From: an uncultured bacterium
GTDB taxonomy: Bacteria > Edwardsbacteria > AC1 > EtOH8
Reading direction: 5' to 3'
DNA: 64,000 bases
NCBI GenBank assembly: GCA_964518765.1
Contig: CAZFJC010000005.1
Coordinates: 54,403-118,402, forward strand
Shown here: one piece after another, positions 54,070-63,965 of the stretch
Position numbering within the stretch: the first letter of the stretch is position 1
How the letters are laid out: each line of letters opens with the position of its first letter
The notes under the pieces: model-generated
What the model saw: the letters and a program-made list of their open reading frames with translations, nothing else
Told to the model about the DNA's origin: nothing
Database searches by the model: none
Program-made: the position numbers and the translations under genes

Positions 54070-55503
54070 TCACTTCCAGCCCAGCGCCTGGCGCACCCCC
54101 TGGGCGTAGGCCGGGTCGGCCTTCCGGAAGTTCTCCAACTGGCGCTCGATGATCTCCCTGGGCACGCCCTGCATCGACCCGGCGATGGCCGCATGCAGCC
54201 GGTCGCGCTCGGCCTGCGGCATCAGGCGGTAGAGGTTGCCCGCCTGGGTGTAATCATCGTTGCCCTTCCGGTGGTCGTAGCGGTCGGCGTCGCCGCTGAT
54301 CCGCAGCGGCGGCTCCTTGAACCGCGGATCCTCGGCCGGCCCGCCGAAGCTGTTGGGCTCGTAATTGACCGCGCCGCCACCGTTGCCGTCGAACCGCATC
54401 CCGCCGTCCTTGTAGTAGTTGTTCACCTCGCAACGGGGTTTGTTCACCGGCAGGCTCTGATAGTTGACCCCCAGCCGGTAGCGCTGGGCGTCCGCATAGG
54501 AGGTCATCCGCAGCTGCAGCATCTTGTCCGGGCTGTGGCCGATGCCGGGGGGCACGTCCTTGGGGCAGAAGGCCGCCTGCTCCACCTCGGCGAAATAGTT
54601 CTCCGGGTTGCGGTTCAATTCGACAATGCCGACGTCGATCAGCGGGTAATCCTTGTGCGGCCAGACCTTGGTGACGTCGAAGGGGTGGTAGGGCACCTTC
54701 TCGGCGTCCAGCTCGGGCATGATCTGGACCTGCATTTTCCACTTGGGGAAGTCACCCTTGGCGATGGACTCGAACAGGTCCCGCTGGTGGCTCTCGCGGT
54801 CCGCGGCGATGACCTTGGCCGCCTCGTCGTCGGTCAGGCACTGTATGCCCTGCATGGTCCGGAAGTGGAACTTGACCCAAAACCGCTCACCCTTGTCGTT
54901 GAACAGGCTGAAGGTGTGGCAGCCGAACCCGTGCATGTGGCGGTAGCTTTTGGGGATGCCGCGGTCCGAGAACAGGATGGTCACCTGGTGCACCGACTCC
55001 GGCGACAGCGACCAGAAGTCCCAGGCGGCGGTGGCGCTGCGCAGGTTGGTCTTGGGGTCGCGTTTCTGGGTGTGGATGAAATCCGGGAACTTGTAGGGGT
55101 CGCGGATGAAGAACACCGGGGTGTTGTTGCCCACAATGTCCCAGTTGCCTTCCGAGGTATAGAACTTCATGGCGAAACCGCGCACGTCGCGCTCGGCGTC
55201 GGCCGCGCCCCGCTCCCCGGCCACGGTGGAGAACCGGAAGAAGCACTCGGTCTTGGTCCCGGGCTTGAACACCGCTGCCTTGGTGTACTTGGTGATATCG
55301 CCGTCGATGGTCAGGATGCCGTAGGCGCCCGAGCCCTTGGCGTGCACCACCCGCTCCGGGATGCGCTCCCGGTTGAAGTGGGCGTGCTTCTCGAACAGTT
55401 GCCAGTCCTGCGCCAGCAGCGGGCCCCTGGGGCCGGCCGTCAGGGAGTTCTGGTTGTCGGCTACCGGGATTCCGGCGTCGGTGGTCAGTTTCTTTTTCAC
55501 CAT
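54070..55503 (-). CDS. katA: monofunctional haem catalase
   Basis: Start MVKKKLTT with AAGGAGG RBS. Catalase motifs ([27 protein letters not shown]). Confidence 0.95.
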   Translation of the reverse strand: MVKKKLTTDAGIPVADNQNSLTAGPRGPLLAQDWQLFEKHAHFNRERIPERVVHAKGSGAYGILTIDGDITKYTKAAVFKPGTKTECFFRFSTVAGERGAADAERDVRGFAMKFYTSEGNWDIVGNNTPVFFIRDPYKFPDFIHTQKRDPKTNLRSATAAWDFWSLSPESVHQVTILFSDRGIPKSYRHMHGFGCHTFSLFNDKGERFWVKFHFRTMQGIQCLTDDEAAKVIAADRESHQRDLFESIAKGDFPKWKMQVQIMPELDAEKVPYHPFDVTKVWPHKDYPLIDVGIVELNRNPENYFAEVEQAAFCPKDVPPGIGHSPDKMLQLRMTSYADAQRYRLGVNYQSLPVNKPRCEVNNYYKDGGMRFDGNGGGAVNYEPNSFGGPAEDPRFKEPPLRISGDADRYDHRKGNDDYTQAGNLYRLMPQAERDRLHAAIAGSMQGVPREIIERQLENFRKADPAYAQGVRQALGWK

Positions 55504-55517
55504 TCTCCTCCTTTCGT

Positions 55518-55988
55518 TCATTCTTTGACCTGGGTGGTGAGGAAGGTGGGGAGCGTCATCTGGCCTATCTGGTCGCGCAGCTCCTCGATCTCGTCCAGGT
55601 GGCGGTCCTCGTCGCCCAGGATCCTCACCAGCATCTCCCGGGTAGCGTGGTCCCTGACCTCGCCGGCCAGGGCGATGGCGTCGTTGTAGGCCTTGATGGC
55701 GCCGGCCTCGGCCGCCAGGTCGTTCTCCAGCTGGGCGGGCACGGCGTCCCCGATGGATATCTTGTTCAGACTTGACACCGTCGGTCTGCCCTCCAGGAAC
55801 AGGATGCGGCCGATCAGCGCCTCGGCGTGCTTCATCTCGGCGATGGCCCGCTTCTCGAAGTGCTGGTGCAGCTTGCCGTAGCCCCAGCTCTCGCACATCT
55901 CGGCGTGGACGATGTACTGGTTGATGGCCGTCAGCTCGTCGGCCAGCAGCGAGTTGAGGGCCTCGATGAGTTTGGGGTTCCCCTTCAT
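55518..55988 (-). CDS. bfr: bacterioferritin
   Basis: 156 aa, ferritin-like di-iron motifs (EL.AINQY..HA, E..HAE). Confidence 0.9.
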   Translation of the reverse strand: MKGNPKLIEALNSLLADELTAINQYIVHAEMCESWGYGKLHQHFEKRAIAEMKHAEALIGRILFLEGRPTVSSLNKISIGDAVPAQLENDLAAEAGAIKAYNDAIALAGEVRDHATREMLVRILGDEDRHLDEIEELRDQIGQMTLPTFLTTQVKE

Positions 55989-56007
55989 GCCGTCCTCCTC
56001 AGGATGG

Positions 56008-56733
56008 TTACTTTTTTCCCTTTTTCAGGGCCTCCTCCACCTTCTCCTTGGGCAGCTTCTTGGTGCAGAAGAACCAGTCGTAGCACTTGATGTCCTGGTC
56101 CTTGCCGTCCATCCGCTCCTTGGCCGTTCCGCATGACCCGGCCGGCGGAACGATGACGTCGTCCCCCGGCTGCCAGTCGGCCGGCATGGCCACCGAATAG
56201 GCGTCGGCCGCCTGCAGGGCCACCAACACCCGGTAGAGCTCGGCGAAGTTGCGCCCCAGGCTCAACGGGTAGTAGATGATGGTCCGGATGATCCCCTTGG
56301 GGTCGATGAAGAATACCGCCCGCACCGCCTTGGTCTGGCTCTCGCCGGGCTGGATCATCCCGTATTTTCTGGCCACCTCCATGGTGATGTCCTCGATCAG
56401 GGGGAACTTGACCTCGACGTTCTTCATCCCCTTGTACTCGATCTTCTCCTTGATGGTCCTCAGCCAGGCGATGTGGCTGTACAGCCCGTCCACCGACAGC
56501 CCCACCAGCTTGCAGTTGGCCTCGGCGAACTTCTGCTCCATGGAGGCGAAGGTCATGAACTCCGAGGTGCAGACCGGGGTGAAGTCGGCCGGGTGGGAGA
56601 ACAGGATCACCCAGCTGCCGGCGTACTGGTCCGGGAAGTTGATCTCGCCCTGGGTGGTCACCGCCTTAAAGCTGGGGGCCTTGTCCCCGATGCGGGGCAT
56701 GGTCACGGTTTGGTTCTGGGTCGGCTGTTCCAT
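56008..56733 (-). CDS. peroxiredoxin (Prx6 / 1-Cys-type)
   Basis: FSHPADFTPVCTSE peroxidatic Cys motif; AAGGAG RBS 7 nt upstream. Confidence 0.9.
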   Translation of the reverse strand: MEQPTQNQTVTMPRIGDKAPSFKAVTTQGEINFPDQYAGSWVILFSHPADFTPVCTSEFMTFASMEQKFAEANCKLVGLSVDGLYSHIAWLRTIKEKIEYKGMKNVEVKFPLIEDITMEVARKYGMIQPGESQTKAVRAVFFIDPKGIIRTIIYYPLSLGRNFAELYRVLVALQAADAYSVAMPADWQPGDDVIVPPAGSCGTAKERMDGKDQDIKCYDWFFCTKKLPKEKVEEALKKGKK

Positions 56734-57188
56734 GGTCGGTCTCCTTTTTTATTGGTTGGTTTATTTACTACCTCTTTTGTCGTGGCAGCTGCCTTGGTGC
56801 AGTTGACGCAGATCCCGTAGAACTCGATGGTGTGGCCCTTGATGTCATGTTTCGTCCGCCGTCGGGCCTCGGCTGTTATGTCGTCCATGAGCGGCAGTTT
56901 CAGGTCGCTGACCGCCCCGCACCTCTCGCAGATAAAATGGCTATGAGGCGAGATGATGGCGTCGAAATGCTCCAGGCCGTCCCGCAGCCTTTTCCTGGCC
57001 AGCCTGCCCTCCTCGGCCAGTATCGACAGGTTTCGGTAGACATTACCTAAACTGGCGCCAGGCGATTCCCAGCGCATTCGGTCGTGGACTTGGATGGCGG
57101 TGGGATGGTCGTTGTGGGCGGCAACTATCCGGTATATACGTTCGCGCTGGGCGCTCCGCCGCCTGGCAAGTCTTTTATTAGTATTCAT
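56703..57188 (-). CDS. perR: Fur-family regulator, PerR-like
   Basis: DNA-binding helix (RERIYRIVAAHNDHPTAIQVHDRM), HFIC..CG and CVNC metal sites. ~30-aa basic C-terminal tail overlaps the prx start by 31 nt. Confidence 0.8.
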   Translation of the reverse strand: MNTNKRLARRRSAQRERIYRIVAAHNDHPTAIQVHDRMRWESPGASLGNVYRNLSILAEEGRLARKRLRDGLEHFDAIISPHSHFICERCGAVSDLKLPLMDDITAEARRRTKHDIKGHTIEFYGICVNCTKAAATTKEVVNKPTNKKGDRPWNSRPRTKP

Positions 57189-57198
57189 TCTTATTATT

Positions 57199-57227
57199 AA
57201 TATACTACCGAACTGGCCGAAAGTCAA
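57199..57227 (-). promoter_or_regulatory. putative perR promoter (TTGACT-N17-TATATT) with an AT palindrome over the -10; near-leaderless
   Basis: Minus strand TTGACTttcggccagttcggtagTATATTAATAATAAgaATG; TATTAaTAATA palindrome. Predicted TSS within a few nt of the ATG, no SD. Confidence 0.35.
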
Positions 57228-57307
57228 TACCCCGGAGCCATTATTTATTGTTCTGAAGGACCGCCAGGCGTGGACGCCAGCCCGGCTCGGTCCATCTTGA
57301 AACCAAT

Positions 57308-57336
57308 AGAGGGGCAGCCCTTTGGGCTGCCCCTCT
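57308..57336 (-). terminator. GC-rich perfect hairpin downstream of the GGDEF gene (terminator-like)
   Basis: AGAGGGGCAGCCC-tttg-GGCTGCCCCTCT. Confidence 0.4.
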
Positions 57337-57354
57337 ATTTTCGGCCCTCGTCAG

Positions 57355-58854
57355 TCAATCGCTGGTGCTGTAAACCCGGTTCCGGCCGTATCTCTTGGCC
57401 TTGTACATGGCCACGTCGGCCCGTTTGAGCAGGGACTCGATGCTGTTGTCGTCCTCGTTCAGGGCCGACACCCCGATGGAGACGGTGAACGGCACCCGCT
57501 CCCCCCCGGCCAGCTCGATGTAGGTCTCGGACAGCTTATCCCTCAACCTCTCGGCCACCGTCCGGGCCTGCTCCAGGTTGGTCTCCGGTAGGACGATGGC
57601 GAACTCCTCCCCCCCGATACGGCCGAAGACGTCGATGTTCCTGATCATCCCCTGGCTGGTCAGGCACAGGGACTTCAGCACCTCATCCCCGGCCCCATGC
57701 CCGCACTTGTCGTTGATCTTCTTGAAGTGGTCGATGTCGAGCATCAGCAGGGCTAGGGGCTTCTCCGAGCGTCGGGCGCGCATCAGCTCGCGCTCTGCCA
57801 TCTCGAAGAAGTGGCGGCGGTTGCTGATGCCGGTGAGGACATCTGTCTTGGCCTGATGCTCCAGCTCGATGGCCTGGACCTCCAAAAGGTTCTTGGCCTT
57901 GAGGAGCCTGCCGGCCAGCAGGGCTGTGCCCATCAGAAGCAGAATGATGACGGCCATGCCGATTATATGATAGCGCAGCTGGGAGCGCCACTGCCCCAGG
58001 TCCTCCCTCAACAATGAGGAGATCACGATGGTGTAGGGCAGGTCCTCGGCCCGGTGGAAGGCGCTGATGCGGCGTTGTCCATCCCAGGGGGAGAGGGTGA
58101 TGCTCTCGTATTGGCTCTGGCCGGTGGGCAGAAAGGCGTCCAGCTCCGGGTAGTTGGCCCTTTGACCGGCCGCCTTGGGGATCTGGGGCAGGTGAAGCAG
58201 TAGACGGCCCGAGCCGTCGACCACAGCCACCGCCCCGCTTTTGGCGAAGCCGGCCTCCCCGAAAAGGGCCGCCATCTGCTTGGCGTAAAGCCCGGCGTAG
58301 ATCACCCCCTGGAGCCCGGGGCGCCCCCTGACCCTGATGGCCCTCGAGAAGGCGAACCAGACGTCCTTGGTGTTCAGCTCCTGAAAGGCCCCGGAACAGT
58401 GGATCTCTTCCTGGGGATGAGCCGCCAGGTGGGCGAAATACTCCCGATAGGAACGGTCCGCCCCGATGCTGCCCTTGACCGGCCCTTCCCGGTCCACCCC
58501 GGCCACGAAGATCCCCCGGGCGTTCATGATGCCGAAGCCGAATATCCAAGGATGGGTGACTATTTTTCTTTCCAGGATGTCGTTAAGGCGGCGGGCCGCC
58601 TGCCTTCTGGGTCCGTTCCTCAGCGCCGGCATCAACCCACAGACATCATCGTGGACGTCGCGCATGATATAGTCTATCTCCCGCAGGGCGCCCGACAGCC
58701 GCTCGGCCGATATCTTAGCGATGTTGGCGTTGCGTTGCTTGGCCACCTCCACCGCCTCCCGGAAGGAGCGGGTCAGTAGATATGCCTCGGCGGCTACCAG
58801 CATCAAGGCGGCTAGCGTCGCTAGCAAGATGAAGTAATTTCTTTTTACGGACAT
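57355..58854 (-). CDS. sensor diguanylate cyclase (periplasmic Cache-like domain, TM, GGDEF)
   Basis: N-terminal TM, ~270-aa periplasmic region, second TM, C-terminal GGDEF (RIGGEEFAIVL). Confidence 0.85.
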   Translation of the reverse strand: MSVKRNYFILLATLAALMLVAAEAYLLTRSFREAVEVAKQRNANIAKISAERLSGALREIDYIMRDVHDDVCGLMPALRNGPRRQAARRLNDILERKIVTHPWIFGFGIMNARGIFVAGVDREGPVKGSIGADRSYREYFAHLAAHPQEEIHCSGAFQELNTKDVWFAFSRAIRVRGRPGLQGVIYAGLYAKQMAALFGEAGFAKSGAVAVVDGSGRLLLHLPQIPKAAGQRANYPELDAFLPTGQSQYESITLSPWDGQRRISAFHRAEDLPYTIVISSLLREDLGQWRSQLRYHIIGMAVIILLLMGTALLAGRLLKAKNLLEVQAIELEHQAKTDVLTGISNRRHFFEMAERELMRARRSEKPLALLMLDIDHFKKINDKCGHGAGDEVLKSLCLTSQGMIRNIDVFGRIGGEEFAIVLPETNLEQARTVAERLRDKLSETYIELAGGERVPFTVSIGVSALNEDDNSIESLLKRADVAMYKAKRYGRNRVYSTSD

Positions 58855-59119
58855 CCTCTAGTTTAGGAAAAACCCCTCAATATTTATCTTATCGTTATTA
58901 TTTCCCTTATTTATGGTTAATGCTATCACTTACTTGCCAATTTGTCAATATATTTTATTGCTGTTTTGTAACTTATTATTTTACAAGTTAGTTTTTGCAT
59001 TTTTTACAACATGAAAGAGGCGCCCGCATTGGGGCCGCCCCTAACATACTATGGATCTTGCTCGTTCCTGAACAGAAATGTTTTTATTGTCTTATACGGC
59101 GATCGCCTAAGCGACTTAT

Positions 59120-59947
59120 CTAATTAGACTCGACAACCTCCCCAACCCTGCCCTCGATTACTTTACCGCCGAGCTTGCTTTGCAGATAACCGACCGCTCT
59201 CTTGCCCGTGCAATGGCACGCCACTACCAGGTCGGGCGACATTGCCTCTAACGCTGCGGCTGTCAGCTCCAACCTCCTCTCCGTTGCCCCGCCCAAGTGA
59301 AACCCCCCGATGATGGCGCTTATTCTCTTCCGGCCATTGGTTTTTATAATATGGCCTAGCGTGTTCACCAAACCGGCATGGGCGCATCCGGTGATGACTA
59401 CCAATCCCTTCGCGGTTTCTATCCACAGGCCCAGGTCGTCTTCCAGTCTGTCAGATATCCCGCCGTCTTGGTCCTGGAAGAACGGACCTCCGATGTCCTC
59501 GTAGTCGTTGATTCTAGGAATTGGTCCTGTTAGTCCTATCCCTGGGGCGATCATCGTTGGTTCTACGATATAGCCGAGCCGATCAGGAGGCTGGCCCTGG
59601 AGCATATCCCGCGCGTCCGCGGGCATTCCGATATATCGGGCAGAGCCTTGGCGAACGCTGTACTTCGCCTTTAGGGCCGAAGGGTGGAGATAGACTTTCG
59701 CCCGGCTGGCCAGGGAGATTACAGCCGCCAGCCCGCCGGTATGGTCGTAATGGCCGTGGCTCAGGACTACGGCGTCGGTGCCGGAAAGGTCCACCCCGAG
59801 TTTCCGAGCGTTAGCCAGCAGCGCCCCGCCCTGTCCGGTATCGAACAGGATTCGTATCCCCGCGGCCTCGATCCACAGCGCCAGCCCGTGCTCGGCCGAA
59901 AGCCCCGGGCCGTCCCGGTCGTCCACCAACACCGTTATCTCGGCCAT
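59120..59947 (-). CDS. MBL-fold metallo-hydrolase
   Basis: HGHYDHTGG motif; start at MAEITVLVDD. Confidence 0.8.
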   Translation of the reverse strand: MAEITVLVDDRDGPGLSAEHGLALWIEAAGIRILFDTGQGGALLANARKLGVDLSGTDAVVLSHGHYDHTGGLAAVISLASRAKVYLHPSALKAKYSVRQGSARYIGMPADARDMLQGQPPDRLGYIVEPTMIAPGIGLTGPIPRINDYEDIGGPFFQDQDGGISDRLEDDLGLWIETAKGLVVITGCAHAGLVNTLGHIIKTNGRKRISAIIGGFHLGGATERRLELTAAALEAMSPDLVVACHCTGKRAVGYLQSKLGGKVIEGRVGEVVESN

Positions 59948-59975
59948 TCCGATAGGATACACCAGCTGGCGGAGA

Positions 59976-60314
59976 TCAGTGGTCGCAGGCGTTGTCGCCG
60001 GTTTGCAGGGAGCCGGCCAGGTAGTCGCTGACTATCCTTTCCGGCGTCTCGACCGGGGCGCCCACCACCACCTTGATGCCCTGCTCGGCGAACAGGGATT
60101 GGGCTCTCTGCCCCATGCCCCCGGCGATGATGACGCCGGCGCCCTTGCTAGCCAAAAAACGCGGCAGCAGGCCGGGCTCGTGCGGCGGGGATTCTATCTC
60201 CTCCTGCCTGATGATCTTTTTTTGGACCTCGTCGACCTCCACCAGGGCGAATCTCTCGCAGTGCCCGAAATGAAGCGAAAGCTTTTTCCCGGCCATGGGA
60301 ATGGCGATCTTCAT
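59976..60314 (-). CDS. NifX / NifB C-terminal-like FeMo-cofactor-binding-fold protein (COG1433)
   Basis: 112 aa (MKIAIPMAGKKLSLHFGHCERFALVEVD...GVIIAGGMGQRAQSLF...). Confidence 0.75.
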   Translation of the reverse strand: MKIAIPMAGKKLSLHFGHCERFALVEVDEVQKKIIRQEEIESPPHEPGLLPRFLASKGAGVIIAGGMGQRAQSLFAEQGIKVVVGAPVETPERIVSDYLAGSLQTGDNACDH

Positions 60315-60336
60315 CCTAGCCTCCTATGCTGTTTTT

Positions 60337-61230
60337 CTATTGGCTCTTACCCCTCGATGACAGCACCGCCCTGACCATGCCGACCATGGCTTGTGAGGTA
60401 GGGCTGTCGGGATTATGTTTAAGATAAATCCATCCGCTGTCCCCGGACTCGGCCAGGGCCGGGTCTATGGGTATGGACCCCAGGAAGGGCACGCCCATGC
60501 CGTCGGAGATCAGCTTGCCTCCGCCGGATCTCAAAATAGGGGTGACCCGGCCGCAGTGGGGACAGGCGAAGCCGCTCATGTTCTCCACCACCCCCAGCAC
60601 CGGCACCTCCAGCAACCGGCAGAAGGTGATCGACTTTCGCACGTCCACCGCCGCCACCCGCTGGGGGGTGGTGACGATCACCGCCCCGTCGGGTTTGACC
60701 AGCTGGCAGACCGAGAGCGGCTCGTCTCCGGTGCCCGGCGGCGAGTCTATTACCAGATAATCGAGATCACCCCAGTCCACGTCCTTGAGGAACTGCTTGA
60801 TCATCCCGTACTTCATGGGGCCCCGCCAGACCACGGCGTGATCCTGGCTCTCCAGAAAGAAGCCTATGGACATGACCTTGAGGCCGTCCACCTCCACCGG
60901 GATCATCCCCCCCTCCGGCCCCGAGATCTTGGATCCCTCCAGCCCCAGCATGGTGGGCAGGCTGGGGCCGTGGATGTCGATGTCCAGCAGGCCCACCCGT
61001 TTGCCCCCGGCCGCCAGGCCCGCCGCCAGGTTGACGGCCACCGTGCTCTTGCCCACCCCGCCCTTGCCGGAGAGGACCACTATCTTGCTGCCGATACGGC
61101 ACATTCTAGAAGCCAGCTTCTGCCGGTCTAGGAAATCCTCTTGGCTCTCTTGAGGCTGGCGTGTTTTGGCCTGGCAGTCGGTCTTGCCGCAGGCTTGACA
61201 GTTGCTCGTCTTCCCTTTTTCTTCTGACAT
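60337..61230 (-). CDS. Mrp / NBP35 / ApbC-family Fe-S cluster carrier ATPase with Cys-rich N-terminus
   Basis: Walker A GKGGVGKST; N-terminal NCQACGKTDCQ; C-terminal CPHCG. Confidence 0.9.
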   Translation of the reverse strand: MSEEKGKTSNCQACGKTDCQAKTRQPQESQEDFLDRQKLASRMCRIGSKIVVLSGKGGVGKSTVAVNLAAGLAAGGKRVGLLDIDIHGPSLPTMLGLEGSKISGPEGGMIPVEVDGLKVMSIGFFLESQDHAVVWRGPMKYGMIKQFLKDVDWGDLDYLVIDSPPGTGDEPLSVCQLVKPDGAVIVTTPQRVAAVDVRKSITFCRLLEVPVLGVVENMSGFACPHCGRVTPILRSGGGKLISDGMGVPFLGSIPIDPALAESGDSGWIYLKHNPDSPTSQAMVGMVRAVLSSRGKSQ

Positions 61231-61253
61231 TCCGCCTTTTCTTCTTTTCTCTT

Positions 61254-62123
61254 TTACTGATTTATCGCTTTCCAGACTTCCCTGATATCATCAGCCGAAG
61301 GCGCCTCGGTCTCCACCACGGCCTTGGCATCCATCTGGGCCCTGGTGATCGCCGGATCATAGCGTATCCGGCCGGCTATTTTGGCCCCGCCCTCCCTGGC
61401 CCTCACCTCGATCCTGTCGGCCATCTCCTGGTTAAGATCCCACTTGTTGACGCAGACCGCGGCCGGCACCCCGAAATGCCTGGCCAGCGAAAGGACCCTG
61501 GCCAGGTCGTGCTCGCCAGACACCGTGGGCTCGGTGACCACCAAGGCCTGGGAGGAGCCGGTGAGAGAGGCGATGACCGGACAGCCGATGCCCGGAGGCC
61601 CGTCGGTGATCATCATGGTTCTACCCGACTGCATCGCCAGCATCTTGGCCTGGGCTCGGACTATAGAGACCAATTTGCCTGAATTCTCCGCCGCCGCCTC
61701 CAGCCTGGCGTGGACCATGGGGCCGCACCGGGTGTCGGAGATCATCCACTCCCCACAGTCCCTCTCCGGGAAGTCTACGGCTCCGGCCGGGCAGAGCCTG
61801 ACGCAGACGCCGCAGCCCTCGCAGGCCTCGGGCGAGATAGAGTAACGGCCCGCGCTTTCCGAGACAGCCAGGAATCGGCAATGCTTTAGGCACAGTCCGC
61901 AGCCGATGCAACGTCCGCTTTCGATGACCGCCAGGTTACCGCTCAGGAACCTCTGTCTCTCCCTGACCTGGGGGGTTAGTATCAGGTGCAGGTCGGCCGC
62001 GTCCACGTCGCAGTCGGCCACCACGGCCTTTCCCGCCAGGATCGCCAACGATGCCGCCAGGCTGGTCTTGCCGGTTCCGCCCTTGCCGCTGATGATGGTT
62101 ATCTCTCGAATATCCTTCGGCAT
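61254..62123 (-). CDS. MinD/ParA-superfamily P-loop ATPase with an inserted 2x[4Fe-4S] ferredoxin domain (COG1149-like)
   Basis: Walker A SGKGGTGKTS plus CIGCGLCLKHC and CEGCGVCVRLCP. Confidence 0.8.
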   Translation of the reverse strand: MPKDIREITIISGKGGTGKTSLAASLAILAGKAVVADCDVDAADLHLILTPQVRERQRFLSGNLAVIESGRCIGCGLCLKHCRFLAVSESAGRYSISPEACEGCGVCVRLCPAGAVDFPERDCGEWMISDTRCGPMVHARLEAAAENSGKLVSIVRAQAKMLAMQSGRTMMITDGPPGIGCPVIASLTGSSQALVVTEPTVSGEHDLARVLSLARHFGVPAAVCVNKWDLNQEMADRIEVRAREGGAKIAGRIRYDPAITRAQMDAKAVVETEAPSADDIREVWKAINQ

Positions 62124-63077
62124 CTATCCTTTTTTCCCATCCTGGCCGATGGGTTGATAATAGCATCGGCCGTCGCGTTCGCTCTTTTGGATCGAACCTC
62201 TCTTTACCATGGATTCCAGCTCCTTGAGAGCAGAGAGGCGATGCTTGCCCAGGCCCTGGGCCACATCTTCCGAGGTGCAGGGTCGTCGGCGAAGCAGGGC
62301 CATGATCTCTTCCCGGTAATCTCCTTCGTCGGATGATGATTCAGGGCTTAAAACTCCTGCCGATAGCGAGATGATGTCCGCCGGCATCGAAAAGAAGCCT
62401 GAAAGCTTCAGCAGCCGTTCGTATGCCAAAGGCCGGACCCCAGGCTCGGCCGGCGGCCTGACCGCGGTGTTCAGCTGCACTCGATCTGGCCTCATCCTGC
62501 CGGCTATCTCCGCTATCTTTTTTACTTGCTCCACGCCGTCGTTCCAACCGTCCAGAAGCATCACCTCCAGCCAGATCCGCCCCTTGTATCCCTCTCTGAA
62601 GGAGATCAGCCCCTCCACCATGCGCTCGAATTCGATCCCGCCGTACGGCCGGTTTATCCTCTGAAACATCTGTTTATCCCCGGCATCCAGCGAAGGGATT
62701 ACCAGGTCGGCCCCTAAAAGCGATTCCGCTACCCGGCGATCCCAGAGCAGCGAACCGTTGGTGATGACGGCCACCGGGATGCGGGTTTTTTCCTTGATGT
62801 CTCCGATCAGGCGCCCCACGCCCGAGTTCAGGGTAGGCTCGCCCGAGCCGGCCAGGCTGATGTAATCCGGTTTGTCGCCCTCGGCCAGCTTGCGGCCCAG
62901 CTCCTCCAGCACCTCGTCGACCGGCACGTACTCTTTGAGCATGATCGTTTTGTCGGTCGTCCGTCCCAGCTGGCAGTAGACGCAGTCGTAGGTGCACGTC
63001 TTGTACGGCACCAAGTCGATCCCCAACGACCGACCCAGCCGCCGCGAGGGCACCGGGCCGTAGAGGTACTGGCTCAT
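62124..63077 (-). CDS. radical SAM protein
   Basis: CTYDCVYC (CX3CX2C) after a GPVPSRRLGRSLGI N-terminus; abuts the downstream gene with no gap. Confidence 0.8.
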   Translation of the reverse strand: MSQYLYGPVPSRRLGRSLGIDLVPYKTCTYDCVYCQLGRTTDKTIMLKEYVPVDEVLEELGRKLAEGDKPDYISLAGSGEPTLNSGVGRLIGDIKEKTRIPVAVITNGSLLWDRRVAESLLGADLVIPSLDAGDKQMFQRINRPYGGIEFERMVEGLISFREGYKGRIWLEVMLLDGWNDGVEQVKKIAEIAGRMRPDRVQLNTAVRPPAEPGVRPLAYERLLKLSGFFSMPADIISLSAGVLSPESSSDEGDYREEIMALLRRRPCTSEDVAQGLGKHRLSALKELESMVKRGSIQKSERDGRCYYQPIGQDGKKG

Positions 63078-63095
63078 ATCGATCGGAAGCCTCCG

Positions 63096-63965
63096 TTATC
63101 TGCCATCCTGCGGCGTTTTCTCGTCTCCCGGCCGGCCCTTCCTGCGTTCCATTATCCTGGCCACCGCCTCCCGCACTGATTCCTCCCGAAAGCCCGGCAA
63201 TCTATTCCTAATTTCCTTGATCCTGGTGTCCGGCGGAACGTCGGACGCCTTGACGCCCAGTTCACGGTAGATCTCTCCGATATCGATGCTGAATGTTTTC
63301 CCCACATCGCGAAGGGTCATGAAACCCCTGATACTTTGAGGATCCAGGGAGCCGTCCCTGGTCACCACCGCCTCCAGTGTCGGCTCCAGGGTCCTCCACA
63401 TACCGGTGGCCATGGCCAGGCCGATGATGCCCAGGAACAGTGCCAGACCGGCCGACCCTACCACCAACGGGCGGAGGCTCCTTCCCATGATCCTTGTCTT
63501 GAGCGTCTCCTTCCCGGTGGGGCAGACTGCGACGCATTCCAGGCAGCTGATGCACTCGGCGCTGTGCACGGCGTCCAGGTCGGCCACCGGGATGTCCACC
63601 GGGCAGGCTTTGGTGCACCGGTTGCACTTGATGCAGGTGTCCCTGTCTCTGGTAATCCTGAACAGGCTCAGCTTTTCGACCAAACCCAGGAACGCGCCCA
63701 GGGGACAGAGGTATTTGCAGAACACTCGGTCGTAGAAAAACGACAGGGCCATGGAGGCGGCTAGAACGACAAGCCCTATCAGGAACTCGTCGGCCAGTTC
63801 ACCCCAGCCGGCCGGGATGTGGGCGTAGGCGGCGAAGGGATCATAGGGCGCTATCACCAGGTCGCCCAGCCTCCAGGTGAAGAACAGGATCGCGGCCAGT
63901 GCCAGATATTTGAGGCCACGCAGCGGCCGGTCGATCCTCGGCGGCACGGACGGCCTTCTCTTCAT
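63096..63965 (-). CDS. NapH / MauN-like membrane polyferredoxin; possibly 5'-partial, open to the window edge
   Basis: TM helices, CKYLCP motif, two CxxCxxCxxxCP ferredoxin motifs. No in-frame stop between 63965 and 64000. Confidence 0.6.
   Translation of the reverse strand: MKRRPSVPPRIDRPLRGLKYLALAAILFFTWRLGDLVIAPYDPFAAYAHIPAGWGELADEFLIGLVVLAASMALSFFYDRVFCKYLCPLGAFLGLVEKLSLFRITRDRDTCIKCNRCTKACPVDIPVADLDAVHSAECISCLECVAVCPTGKETLKTRIMGRSLRPLVVGSAGLALFLGIIGLAMATGMWRTLEPTLEAVVTRDGSLDPQSIRGFMTLRDVGKTFSIDIGEIYRELGVKASDVPPDTRIKEIRNRLPGFREESVREAVARIMERRKGRPGDEKTPQDGR

Noticed and set aside
56703-56733. Frameshift in perR suggested by its 31-nt overlap with prx
   Set aside because: There is no alternative frame with Fur-like continuation and the overlap is modest, so it is reported only as something to check in the read data.
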